The translations under genes and the position numbers were made by a program. From Puccinia triticina (Eukaryota): a stretch of 64,000 nt of DNA. The stretch covers positions 4,650,001 to 4,714,000 of the forward strand of contig CP110439.1 in NCBI GenBank assembly GCA_026914245.1, in the 5' to 3' direction. Below, piece by piece: positions 35,739 through 48,372 of the stretch (its first letter is position 1; every line of letters begins with the position of its first letter). The notes under the pieces are model-generated. The model worked only from the letters and a program-made list of their open reading frames with translations. It had not been told where the DNA came from and did no database searches.

Positions 35739-38474
35739 GACAAGGAATACCCACAATTGGAAGAAAGGATACCATGTGAAGAAATAAAATCAGACAATCT
35801 TGGATACATGGAAACAGAAAAGGAAACAACCCAGGAACTGGACACTCACTGCTCTTGCTCCCTTATGGAAAAACCCATCAGGCCATACAGGAAACTGGAT
35901 CAATGGAAAATTTCATACCTGAGGAGCTGGCTCATCAACCTAGATTGGAACTCACTGCTGGAGAGGAATCACTATCAATCATGGACTCACCTGGACAGGA
36001 TTCTCTAGTATCAATTATCCCTCCCAACAATCAGGACTGGAAAATAAAAATTAAATCCAACATAAATCACACTGGTTCAGCCTCTACTCCTCTAACACCA
36101 AAAGAAATAAATTCAGTGGACCAACCTATTCAAATTTCCCCCAATCCTTCTCTCATTTTTCCACCATTTTTTTCTACTCCAAAAATTACTCCAAGTTGGC
36201 TGTCAGTTGGAATCAAGCACTTTTTCTTTGGTCAGCTTTTGGGGACATCAGCTAAGTTGGGGGAGGGCCAGCATCAGAAAAGAAACATTTCAAACATCAA
36301 CAAAACTTCTGGAAACAGCAACCTGGAATTTCAAAATTTTTACAACTCAGCTTCTTCTTCCCTTTTTCATGGAATTTTGCAGCAAAACAACTTACCATTT
36401 CATCAAACAGTCCCTCCACTCCTTTCAAACCATATCACCATCTTTGAATCTCTCCATCCAGCTTCAATCCACAGGAAAAATTCAGAAATCTACAGATTAG
36501 GACCTAATTCTTGGTGGTCAGTGCTTGAGATAAGGGCATACTATCAGTTTTTTCTAGTGTCAAGGAGTCGTGCAAAGGTCTCCGGAGGCGCCGAAACGAT
36601 TGACTTTTTGGATATAGGAGGACTAGCGAAGGACAATGGAGTTGATGGGCTAGGACGCGGTAGGAGGACGAACAACCACTTCAGACTACTTGAAAATATA
36701 AAGGAAGGAGGCATTGGGCTCTCTCTCTTGAACGCAGGCACTTCGGAACCAGTCTTTTCTTCATTTGGAACAAGTCCGAGGCCTTCACACATGGATTCCC
36801 ATCGGTCATTCTCAACTAGCTTCTCTGGTGTACGAACTGAAGTGGATCATCGCTCTCATAGCCTCTCAAATAGAGACTCTGTCGTACGAACTGGAAGGGA
36901 TTTCCTTCTCTCGGATACTATGAGGTTGTTACCCAAACCTTATCACTTCAAAAAAAACTGTGTCAACTGTGAGCAGTTGACATGTGGTAACTCTGAGGAA
37001 GCTTGTGGTGTTACACCAGCCTTACCCAAGGTTTGACTCAACCAAAGCTTCAATGCACAGTCACTGTGCACCTTGCACAGTGACTGTGCCAACAAAGGCA
37101 CTTGTGCATTCAGGTGGAGTTACAATGGTAGCTTGGCTTGAGTATCCTGCATGTCAACTGCAAGCAGTTGACCAAGTTTTTTTTGCAGTGTATTGGATTC
37201 CTTTTCCCGTCGGTCTCGCCACAGAGAAGTTACTTAGGATTTGCATTGTCTCTACTAGCAAGAGGGTGTTCAAACTTCATCCATCAAGAAGACACCTCGA
37301 TTCTCAATATTATGAACATATTGGATACTCAAAACGTTCGCTAGGATCTACTCTTTTACTTGGTATCAAAATCGGCATTATCGCACGAATAGTTCAGCAG
37401 ATATGTGCCTCTCTTTGCGCTATCTTTGCTCGGTTGGACTTGATAGGTTCCCATTTGGTCACACTCCAGACGCTGCAAAAACTTCCGCGTTCAACTTTTC
37501 GGGCTAATTGTTAGCTCGATCAAACCGCCAGACCTTCACCATTCTTTTGCTATAAAAATTAAACAAATCCATTGACTAGTTTCCCTATAAAACACGAATC
37601 AGTATGACCTTCGAATATCGACGCCGGTGCGCGACCCGGATTGGTTCTTTTTTCACTCTCTTTTCGGCGCCGGTGCGCGACCCGGATTGGTTGTTTTCTC
37701 ACTCTCTTTTCGACGCCGGTGCGCGGGTTGTTTTCTCACTCTCTTTTCGACGCCGGTGCACGACCCGGTTTAATTCTTTCTTTCTTTTCGAGTTCTTTTT
37801 CCTTTCCTTTCTTTTCCTTTTCCTTCTTTTTTTCCCTTTATCCCCTTACTCCATGAGTTCTGGACGACTAAAACAAAGATTGGCGAGATCTACTCGTTGC
37901 GCCTAGGAACGGACTCGCCGCAGCCGCGCCCAATCAAGTAAAACAGGATCAGCGTTATTATGGAGCATCAACAACATCCTCAGGAATAAAATCCAAGTTT
38001 ATTAAAACCACAGTTTCACAGAAACTGACTTCATGGGTTCATGCTGCATTTCATTGAAATTGCAGGCAGAAGAAATTAAAAGTTTGAAATTTGTGTTCCT
38101 TAAGTTTAAAAAGTTTAAGTTTTTTTTCAGTATGTACAGAGTTTATGGTTTGTTTGAGTTTATATAATTATTGTTTTTGTGTGAGTTTATTTTATGTTTT
38201 TGTGTGTTTTGATTGTGTTCAAATGCTTTTGTTTTGTGTGAGTTCAAAGTTTAATTTTTTTTGTGTTGTGTGAGTTCAAAGTTTAAATTTTCTTGTTTTG
38301 TGTGAGTTTAAAGTTTAAATTGTTAAAGTTTTGTTTGGGTTTGGAATTTTTGTTTTTTGAAATCAAGAAGGGGCCTACTCAAATGAAATAGGGGGCCTTC
38401 AGGGAGGGGGTGGACAAAACCAGATCCCCTGGGGGGACAAACAGCTCCCCCCCCCAGCCCTTTAAGTATCCGAT

Positions 38475-39528
38475 ATGGACTCCTGTCAGGGCTGAGCTGA
38501 GGCAGTCGGTTGAGGGGATTTTGCTTGAATGCTGCCCTCGTGGGTGGTCCTGCAAAAAATACCGGAAAAATCGAAGATGGGATAGCGTGGGGTGGATTTG
38601 TTTGAGAAGGAACAAGGGGGTGGAGTACCCTCGGCGGTTTGGTTGGGTAAAAGGAATAGGGAAGAGAAGCTCGGAAGGGAGTCGGCGCGGTCGTCGGAAA
38701 AATCAGGTAGTGATTAGATGAAGGGAGAAACTCCGAAGACTCGGGTACTCAAACTCAAAAGAAGATGCGGGGATGGATCAACACGATCCGGGATCAATAA
38801 ACTCAGAAAAACGTGATGATATCTTGTTCCTTCTGGGGGAGACCAGAATACCATGCAGATCCCTCCTCCAAGTTCAGCGGAACTTGAATTCAGGCCCGCG
38901 ACATGCCGCGCGACGAGACCTCGTGCCCGCCGCGCCCATACAACTAGGATGAAAAGAGAAAAAAAGGAAAAGAACAACCAAAGAGAAACATCCTCCACAC
39001 CAAAACCAAAGAGACAAACAAACAAACCAACATCTGAAAACAAACAAAAGAACCAACCCTCCTCCAACTCATCCTCTCCAACGCGCGCAAAGAAGAAACA
39101 GAAAGAAAAAAAAGACATGCATAAAAGAAAGGAAAATAGAGCAGTCCAAAACAAACCAAACAAACAAAAAAAGAGGGAGGGAAGGGATCCTTGGAGGTAT
39201 GGAAGCTGTTGGTGGGGTCTTGCTGATCTTGATGTGTGGATTGTGTGCCTTGATCTTGAGGCCCTGTACCCATATGGCCACCACACCGACCAAGCTCACA
39301 GGGCCCTGACATCCTTCAAACCAAAACTTTTGGTTGTCAGGGCCCTGCACCTGGGCAGACACAATGCTGGCCTGTACACACTCATCCGAGTGTTTACAGG
39401 TCAGCTTGAGAGCTTGAATCCTCAAGATGACCAGTCAGGGTCATCAAGACATGTTCCGGAGAGGCATCCTCCCCGAGGTCTCCATCTCGTCTCAATGCCA
39501 ACCTGTAGTGGTATTGGGGGGATTCACA
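38475..39528 (-). mobile_element. Diverged solo-LTR-like sequence related to the Gypsy LTR at 6325-7452
   Basis: Shared blocks in the same order: GACTCCTGTC, GAGGCAGTCG, GCTGCCCTCGTGG, TCCAAGTTC..GAACTTG, then an A-rich tract. Ends and TSD are not resolved. Confidence 0.55.
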
Positions 39529-39529
39529 C

Positions 39530-40600
39530 GACCATTGAGGGGTAATGCACTGTGGAGTCCCCTCAATGACCGGTACAGACCGGCTTCGAGCAGATTCTCC
39601 TCCTCTCCAATGACTGGTCTGTGCCGGTCATTGAGAGGAGTCATAGCTCTCGATGACCGGTCTGTGCGGTCATTGAGGGAGGTAACACCTCTTGATGACC
39701 GGAACAGCCCGGCATTGAGGAGATTCATACCTCTTGATGGCCGGTCTGTACCGGTCATCAAGGGGACTCCACAGTACATTACCCCTTGATGGTCGGTCCG
39801 ACCGGTCATCGAGGGGTCTCTCACCTCCCAATGACCGGTCGGACCGGCCATTGAGGGGTCTCACACCTCTCGACGACTGGTCGGACCGGCCATCAAGGGG
39901 TCTCATACCTCTTGATGGCCGGTCGGTACCAGTCATTGAGGGGACTCCGCAGTACAGTAAACCTCGATGACAGATCAGTGCCGGCCATTGAGGGGTCCCT
40001 CACCTCCCGATGAGCGGTCGGACCAGCCATCGAGGGGTCTCATACCTCTCGATGGCCGGTTGGCACCGGTCATCAAGGGGTCTCATACCTCTCAATGGCC
40101 GGTTGGTACCAGTCATTGAGGGGTCTCATACCTCTCAATGGCCGGTTGGTACCGGTCATCAAGGGGTCTCACACCTCTTGATGACCGGTCGGACTGGCCA
40201 TCGAGGGGTCATCAGGGGGGCACTGCCAACATATTTGGCTGGGATGAAGTCATCCCAGTTTAACTGGGATTCACTCAACCAATTTAAAATGGGTTGATCT
40301 CATCCAATGAAATATAAACCCAAGGGGGGTACCTTGGATTTATATTTCATCAGTTGAGATCAACCAAGTTTAAATTGGTTGAGTTCATCCCAGTTTAACT
40401 GGGATAACCTCAACCCAGCCAATTATGCTGGCAGTGGGGCTCCGCAGTACAATGACCGGTCGCGTGCCGGCCATTGATCTCTCACCTCCCAATGACTGGT
40501 CGGACCGGCCATTGAGGTCTCACACCTCCCAAAGACTGATCTTTACCAGCCATTGAGGGGTCTCACACCTCTCAATGACTGGTCTGTACTGCTCATTGAG
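39530..40600. repeat. Array of ~37-bp quasi-palindromic repeats (CCGGCCATCGAGGGGTCTCACACCTCTCGATGACCGG)
   Basis: More than 20 degenerate units visible; interrupted by a CACTG MITE. Confidence 0.85.
40221..40436. mobile_element. 216-bp CACTG MITE, TSD GGG (opposite orientation to the other two copies)
   Basis: Same length and sequence family as 9643-9858. Confidence 0.92.
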
Positions 40601-40927
40601 AAGAGTTGCACATTAGCTGGTCATCAAGTGGGGTGTGCCCTGCTTGATGACTACTGTGGGCACTCCAGTTCATATTTGCACACTGAAGTGCGAAGCCAAA
40701 ATCAGGGTGGAGTGCATCCCATTTAGGTGTATTTTGGAGTGCCGAGGCATGTGCTCCAACAAACATGGAGTTAAGAGTAAAATAGGCCCTCCAGATTTTT
40801 TGGAGTACCATCTTCCTAACCCACCTCCCCCAAAGCCAAAAATTAGTACAAGTTTGGAGTACATTTAGGCTTATCCTACTTTTAATTCAGAGGATATTAA
40901 TTTGATATCAATTCAAAGGTACATCTA

Positions 40928-41369
40928 CAGTTGCGCGCAACATTCTACTGTACAGAGCTACCCGCAAAAATTGAAACCCCACCTGGGTCGGGGGTCCAGC
41001 ACTCTAACAGAGTATAAAGAGTGTGTGGATTCCAAATCTAAAGTGGCAACCAATTTGGTCCAGCCAATTTTTTTTTTGTTCACAGCCCATATTTTGGGAT
41101 CCACCTCCCAAATACGGGCATAAGTACATATGTATGGGCTCCTAAACCCATACTTCTGCCTTCTGGTTGGGCACTAAACCCACACATGAAGGCAGAAACT
41201 GTCATGCAGTGCTTTGAGGAGTGTCTGGTGGGTGTAAAACCATAGCTAGGACACCATACCATGTCCCAGCCGCCCAAAAATATGTGAAAAAACTGTAATT
41301 TTTAGGTTTTGGACCCCAACATTTGGGACCAGACAAAAACCTTGTACAGTGGAATGCTGCGTGCAACTG
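40928..41369. mobile_element. 442-bp Tc1/mariner-type MITE, TA TSD
   Basis: TA|CAGTTGCGCGCAACATTCTACTGTACA ... TGTACAGTGGAATGCTGCGTGCAACTG|TA. Confidence 0.88.
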
Positions 41370-43833
41370 TACAGCCTAAAGACCAGCCTGAGAGAACTTG
41401 GGGATCTCAATCATATAAATATATTCCACCTCCTTGTGGATTAAAAACTTTGAAAACAGTACTCTGGTCAGATCAATGTCTAATTTAATTAATCTCTTTC
41501 CAAAGTATGTATGTATATCCTGAGGAAGAGGATTTTGATTTTCAGACTTAGGCTAGGGGTATGATTGTGGCATCATAATAAATAGAAAATCGAGAGAGTA
41601 CTCCATGAGTACCACAAATATTCCGTAAATCTTAGATACTGGGACCTGGGAGTGTAGCGGCGAAGCCGCCTTGGCCTCTAGTTAGTATAAATAAGGACCT
41701 CTAGTCACCTCATAATGCATAATGGACAGGAGGGATGGATGGAACTCACTCCCCTCTTTTCTTTTCTGGATATTGCTCTCCTTAAAACTCCCTTCAGACC
41801 CTTTATTTCTATTAGTCTGAAAATTACTCTCCTTCATATCCCTTCAAGATTTTCTCTGTTATTATCATCTGGAAATTACACTCCTTCCTCAAATCCTTCT
41901 TCAGATTTTTTTTCCCTTCTCTTCATGAGCACTACCTCAGATAAAATTTCCTCACTCCTCTTTTATGCCACTGGGATTATTCTTCATTCATAAAATCTTT
42001 TCATATACTTCCCCTTTCTGGCCACTTTGGACTACTTCTACTTGCCACTTTGGACTATTTTATTGCCACTTATTTCCACTTTGGGACTACTTCTTACTTC
42101 AGATACTCCAGCCATTCCTACATATAAAACCCACTTCATACATATAAAAATCTGGTCACCCTTCCCCTGCTTTAAAAACTTCTTTTCCTTCTTTTTTCTT
42201 TCTTTTGAACTCTGGACCTTTGGACTCTGGACCCCATATAAAATCCTCTTCTTCTAGGATTCTGGAATTTCTTCTCAAGTATTCAACCCTCCTCAAGTCA
42301 CATGGCCACATTGGATTTCTGGACTTCTTTGGACAGCAGTGGATATTCTTTCAGGTTAAATATATAAATACCTCAACTCTTCATTATGGATTATCATTAG
42401 CTTCATCATATATCTTCATACTTGCCTATCCTCTGGTCTAAGCTTCCATCCTTCACTCCCCCCTTACTAGTTCAGTGATACCCACTGAATTTTAGTCTTA
42501 CTAGTCTATGGATATGCCATCAGATTTTAGTCTTCTTTTTTTTTACTAGTCTATGTATATGCCATTAGATTTTAGTCTTCATAATTGGTGTACTACACAT
42601 AGTTAGTATATCGTCCACTCCCCCTATCTCAACTCTCTTCTTCATAAGCTTAGATTTTCAGTATTTTAGTTCTAGTATTATCTTATATAGTGAATCTTCT
42701 AGTTTTTCATAGTGTTTGAGATATTCAGTTTTATATAGTTAATTAGCTTAGAATTATCTTCTTCTGGACTTGGACTTTTGGACTTCTTTTATGGACTCTA
42801 TGGACTTCTTTGTGGACATTGGACCCTTGGATTGCACTGTCAGGACTTCTTTTCGGACACTGGATTTTGGACTTCCTTGGTTGGATAACTACTTCCCTCT
42901 TTGGTTGGACCTCTCTCAGGAATTGGCCTCTTTGGTTGGATAACTACTTCCCTCCTTGGATTTGGACCTCTTGGACTTGGCCTCTTTGGTTGGATAACTA
43001 CTTCCCTCCTTGGATTGGACTAACTCCTTTTCCTTATTTCTTTTTTTCCCCACATTTCTCTTCTTCATCTCTTTTTCTTTTTTTCCTCTCAGTGTCTGGG
43101 GACAGACAATAAGTTGGGGGAGCTTGTGGTAACCCTGTTCCTGTTCATACTATCACCCTCATATCACCTAAACCCTTCATAAATACCTCATTATTACTTC
43201 ATATTCAGATTTTACACCCCATTTTACCCCTAGTCACCCACTCATTTCAACTAGGATTTCCAAATGGATCAGCAGTTATTGGCATGTATAGTTTTGGCAG
43301 GTATTTTCTTTATACATATCCTCAGCATTATTACATACATCAAGAAATATATCCCCCAGCATATATCTCATTACCCATCTCAGAGTGACTCTCCTAGAGC
43401 TTCTGCTTTTCCCCTTCTCACTTCTCCTCTCTCCCTCAGTAGGATTGATACACCTCAAACTCATAAAGTGTTAAAGTCATCTAAGTCAAAGAGAATCATC
43501 AGCCACACCCTTTTCTTTTTCTTAGTGTAACCCTCTCTCCATCAGCATTAGTCAAGAGGGCAGCCTCACCAGCACCTGTAGCCTCTTCTACATTATTAGT
43601 AGTGTAGTTGACTATTTCCCCTCACAGCTCATTCCTGATCTTTTAGGAGTTCCACATTGGAAGGAATTCCTTTGGGTCGTGGACGGTGGCAGCCGCCCCA
43701 TGGCCAAATAAGGGAGGGTACCTGCTGAATTTCTCCCAGAAACCCAACATCTGCACCCTAACACCCACACACTGGCGGGTACCGGCCGAATCTGGGTGGG
43801 TACCCGCCAGCGGATGGCAGGTACCCGCAACGG

Positions 43834-45019
43834 TGTGGTAGACGGAAAAGTGAAAAATCAAAAGTTTTTTCTATACTACATAGGTACTCACAATACCCCT
43901 CAAGATGCCACCAAATGGACCTCAGAAATGGATTACATGGCCAATTTTACCCCTATTCACCACTGGAAGCGTCGCTGGAACCCCACTGGATTGGAAGTTA
44001 CACCTTCTTGGACCCTCATGGACACGGCCAGCCCCAGTCATCAACCTGTCACACCCCTCAAGTCACCTTTCCCAAGTATATGCATATTCAGCCCAGCCAA
44101 ACACATACTCTTTTCTATCCCTCTTATCTCCACTGCATATGCAGGGGACCAACCCCATTTCTTCTGTATTTGACATGTACCCGCTTCATTTATGCACACC
44201 TTGCAGCTGCATGCAGTCTTCTGACCCCATTTCTGCACTCCTTGCATTAGTCTGACACCACTCATGCACCCCCTTGCATGAGGTACCTCTGTATTTGACA
44301 TTTCCCTGCTTTGTTTATGCACTCCTTGCATTAGTATGACATCATCTTTCATTTCTCACCCCACTTTCTGCCTGTATTTAGTATTTTCTGACACCACTTG
44401 TATGCAGCCCACCAGCTAAAATCCCTCATCCAGGGTCCCCCTTGTAGCTAAAATCCCTCACATTTGTCTATATGAGGAGCTCTCTCCCCCCCAGTTGTTT
44501 TTCCCTCAGTTCAGTACCCACCAGTTATACAGATATCACCCATTAGCCATTATCATCACCCTTACACTTTTATAACATACCATATCATCCCTCTTATCTG
44601 CAATAACCACTGAGCTCACTCTCATATTCTCATACTCTCATATCACTGGTTGCATATCACGCACCTGTCACGAGTTACCCGGTTCCTGGTTCAACTCCCG
44701 ACTAAGACATATACCCTTCTCAGCCCAGACACTCTTCTCAACTTCTTATATCACCCCCTCAAGGACCTGTGTTCAACCCCCATCGGAAACATCAAGTCAA
44801 CTTTCACCCTTTCCCTCATCATAAACCCTCTCAAATATCACATACCTGTCATTGAACAACTTCATCTGGAACTAGACCAGACCTATCACTTGATTAAAAA
44901 TTGCCAAGCTTAGCTTGGTGGGTCTTGTTATCTGATAGTATAGAAGGGCAGAGTTTGCACCTCCATCATCCCCTTCTCCATTCAGCAAAAGGGTTCCACG
45001 ACCACTTTTGAGTCTTACA
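43834..45019 (+). mobile_element. Solo LTR (1186 bp), 4-bp TSD ACGG
   Basis: TGTGGTAG...GTCTTACA; ACGG at 43830-43833 and 45020-45023; homologous to 8322-9119. Confidence 0.9.
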
Positions 45020-46544
45020 ACGGGTTTGTTGGGGCCATCTCTAGTGACATGACACAGCTTTGTTTTCAGCTCCAACACTGCTCCAATGCTGCTTCTCTCC
45101 ACCACCACATTGAGGGCTCACATGATAGGTGTAAGGATCAAAGCACTCAATGTGAAAAAACCAGATGATGCTCAGCTTTGGCCCTGGCCCAGCTGATGCT
45201 CAGATTTTACCCTGGTTCAGCTGATGCTCAGTTTTTCCCCTGGCCCCGTTGATGCTCAGCTTTGGAACTGGCCACCTGATTATCATCTTTGGCCCTGGCA
45301 CAGCTGATGCTCAGCCTTGGCTGTGGCTCAGCTGATGCTCATCTTTGGCCCTAGCCTAGCTGATTTTAAGCTCTGATCCTGTCCAAGCTGATTACCATCT
45401 TTTTCCCTGGCCTGGCTCAGCTGATACTCAGCAAGCTGAGCATCAGCTGGCCAACTGGCCCAGGACTGGGCCAAAGCTGAGCAGCAGCTGGGACAGGACT
45501 AGGAGAAGGCTGAGCAAGCACTGGTACAAAGCTGAGCATCAGCTGCGCCAGAACTAGTAAAACGCTGAGCATCACCTGGGCAAGGACTGGTCAAAAGGCT
45601 TTATTCCAATTCTGAGAGTTAGCTGCGTGAAAAAGCTGAGTATGAGCTGGGCAGAAAAGCTGAGCATGATCTGGGTACCAAAGCTGAGTATCAGCTGGAC
45701 AGAACTGAGGATCAGTTGGGCTCATCAAAAACTGAACAGGACCTCCTTGGTAAATTTTGGAAGTTGGGGAGATGGGGGTAGATAGTGGATAGATATTGGA
45801 TAGGTGGTGGGTAGACGGCTGGAGCTGGTGTAATCTCACTTGACATCAACTGACTATGTTATTTTCCTGGTGTTGGTTCACTTGACTTTTGAGCGCCTTT
45901 TTCAAATGTTTCCTAGGGGTAAAATTGCCACTAAAGCCAAAAAAATCAATAGATGATAGTAAAGCTAGAAAAAAATTATAAAGGAAGATCAGTGCTGGTA
46001 GCAGATATAGTCATCAGTGGTGAGGTAGAGATGGGCCCAGGCCTGGAAAACAGACACTCTCTTGATGATTGAAGTCGTTGGGCAATGGGCTGTGGGTAGC
46101 GTACTTGATGAAGTCTTCAACAAGGCCAACATAGAACTGGAAGAGAACAGAAATCCGCGGGAACAAGGCCGTTACAACAATTCAGGATGGCTTTGACTTG
46201 ATGGCGGCAAAGGAACGGGTACTTGGTGATGCCGTAGTTGCGGCAAATGGTAGGTGAAGGGATTTGGGGGTACTCAGGGTTGCTCTGTTGATCTTGGTGG
46301 CTAGACTTGGCACTCTCAGGTTTGGAATGCGTAATAGGACCAAACAAAGTGGAGTTAGAAGGAAATAGAATGTGGGGAACCATTCAGTTGAAGGGGGCAC
46401 AGCCTGCAGGGGCAGTGCTGCATGATGTCATATAAATAACAAACAAATCCAAACCAATATATGCAGTGGGGATAGAATATTGCAGGGAAAGGTGACTTGA
46501 GGCGCCTGACAGGTGGTTGACTGGGTGCTACATGTTGTCCAAAG

Positions 46545-46730
46545 TGTTATGAGCTGCGCCCAGGCGCCAGGCTCATCCCTAGACATCTCTTGTAGCTACA
46601 CATATATGTCAAGCTCCTTGCCATAAGGAGGAGCCGTGGGAAGATCCATTCTCTTTCCCCATCTAGCAATTTACTTTCTAGCTAGACTTCCTGGACCAGC
46701 GCCTCCACACCCCAAAGACAGACCCTTGCA
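46545..46730. mobile_element. Short solo LTR (186 bp, Copia-like), 5-bp TSD CAAAG
   Basis: TGTTATG...TTGCA with CAAAG on both sides. Confidence 0.75.
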
Positions 46731-46857
46731 CAAAGGGTCTAACGTCCAGTGTAGTGGGGCTCCAGTGATGCTTCCAGTGGGGTCTAGGGGTTACTTTAGC
46801 CGTGGAGTCTATCTATGGTGTCCAATGGTTGGTATCTTGAGGCCTTCTGTATGTATA

Positions 46858-48372
46858 CACCAGGAAAAAAAAATAGTCACTTGATGACAAGTGACATCAT
46901 GCCAGCTCCAGCGGGCTTATCACCATCTACCCATCATCTACCCACCATCTACCCACCATCTAACCACTTTAAGAATTTCAACAGGAGATCCTCAGTTTTC
47001 ACTGAGCACCACTGATCCCCATTTCTGGTCAGCTGATACTCAGCTTTAGCTCCAAGCTTATGCTCAGCTTTTTTGCCCAGCTCATGCTCAGCTTTGTTGC
47101 CCAGCTCATGCTCAGCTTTGTTGCCCAGATCAGAACCAGTCCTGGCCCAGCTGTGTTTCAGCTTTATTCCACTCATGGCTCATCTTAGACTTGTACTAGG
47201 ACTATCATAGGCCCAGCCAATGCTCAGCTTTGGACCAGTATTGGCTCAGCTGATTTTCAGCTTTGGATAAATCTTGGCCCAGCCAATGCTCAGATTCTGA
47301 GTCTGACCACTCCTGTAACAGCTTATGCTCATCTGTGGACCAGCCTTGGCTCAGCTGATGCTCAGCTGTGGACCAGCCTTTTCTCATCTGATGCTCAGCT
47401 GCACTGCCAGCATAATTGGCTGGGTTGAGGTTATCCCTGTTAAACTGGGATGAACTCAACCAATTTAAACTTGGTTGATCTCAACTGATGAAATATAAAT
47501 CCAAGGTACCCCCCTTGGGTTTATATTTCATTGGATGATATCAACCCATTTTAAATTGGTTGAGCGCATCCCAGTTAAACTGGGATGACATCATCCCAGC
47601 CAAATATGCTGGCAGTGCTGTGGACCAGCCTTGGCTCAGCTGATGCTCAGCTGTGGACCAGCCTTGGCTCAGCTGATGCTCAGCTGTGGACCAGCCTTGG
47701 CTCAGCTGATGCTCAGCTGTGGACCAGCCTTGGCTCAGCTGATGCTCAGCTGTGGACCAGCCTTGGCTCAGCTGATGCTCAGCTGTGGAACAGCCTTGGC
47801 TCAGCTGATGTTAATCTTTTGAATAGTCTCAAAACATCTGATACTCAGCTTTAGAACAGCCTTGGCTCAGCCAATGCTCAGCTTTGTACCAGCATTGGCT
47901 CAGCTGACGCTCAGCTTTTGAAAAGTTTTGGCCCAGCTGGTGTTAATCTTTGGAACAGTATTGTCCCATCTGATCCTAAGCTCTGCACAAGCCTTTTCCA
48001 AGATGATGCTCAGCTTTGGACCATTGTTGGCTAAGCTGATGCTCAGATTTGGAATATTCTTGGTCCAGCTGACACTTGGATTTGTATCAGGCTTGGAATA
48101 TCCAATTCTCAGCTGTGGCCCAGGCTCAGCCAATGCTCAGCTTTGGCCCAGGCTCAGCCAATGCCTACTGCTCAGCTTATGATGAGCATCAGCTGTTCCT
48201 GGGAAAAAATTAGGATCAGCTGACTGTGCCACATTGAGTGCTCTGGTGCAGTCCTGCAAGCTCTACAAGTGCTGGTGGAGCAGACTTGGAGCAGCTCTGG
48301 AGTAGCTCTGGAGCAGAAACCAAAGCTGCATCATGTCACTTGCCATCAAGTGACTATTTTTTTTTCCTTGTG
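46858..48372. mobile_element. Second copy (inverted) of the 1.24-kb CACCAGG element
   Basis: Reverse complement of 33259-34497; TSD ATA/ACA (one mismatch). Confidence 0.9.
47402..47617. mobile_element. 216-bp CACTG MITE, TSD CTG
   Basis: Third copy of the family. Confidence 0.93.

Larger units (their letters stand above)
36489..41681 (+). mobile_element. Non-autonomous Helitron with nested or captured sequence
   Basis: 3' hairpin GCGGCGAAGCCGC about 8 nt before CTAG|T; candidate 5' end A|TCTAC; no TSD. It is a CpG-containing block inside a CpG-depleted host. The 5' end is less certain than the 3' end. Confidence 0.62.
27117..43656 (+). mobile_element. Non-autonomous (gag-only) Gypsy-type LTR element, 4-bp TSD TTGG
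   Basis: LTRs at 27117-28449 and 43125-43656 (TGTGGTAACC...GTTCCACA). Putative PBS TGGTCCCAACAG; purine tract AAGTTGGGGGAG before the 3' LTR; no RT or IN recognisable. Confidence 0.9.
26542..45043. mobile_element. hAT-type non-autonomous element, canonical 8-bp TSD GTGACATG, carrying nested LTR elements
   Basis: TIR TAGAGATGGCCCC / GGGGCCATCTCTA; GGGTACCCG subterminal motifs at both ends; ~39-bp internal repeats at 26700-27116. Confidence 0.9.
26501..45872. mobile_element. CACCAGG-terminated non-autonomous element (CACTA-like), TSD TTG, expanded to 19.4 kb by nested insertions
   Basis: CACCAGGAAAA...TTTTCCTGGTG termini; TTG at 26498-26500 and 45873-45875; GCTGAGCATCA-type repeats at 45160-45700. 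Confidence 0.85.

Noticed and set aside
35855..37036. 393-aa ORF as a real gene
   Set aside because: It crosses the inferred Helitron 5' junction at 36489 and has no recognisable domain; probably a chance fusion.
38365..40800. Possible TIR pair (GGGCCTA...TAGGCCC) delimiting the 37-bp repeat block
   Set aside because: The match is too short and there is no convincing TSD; boundaries left unresolved.
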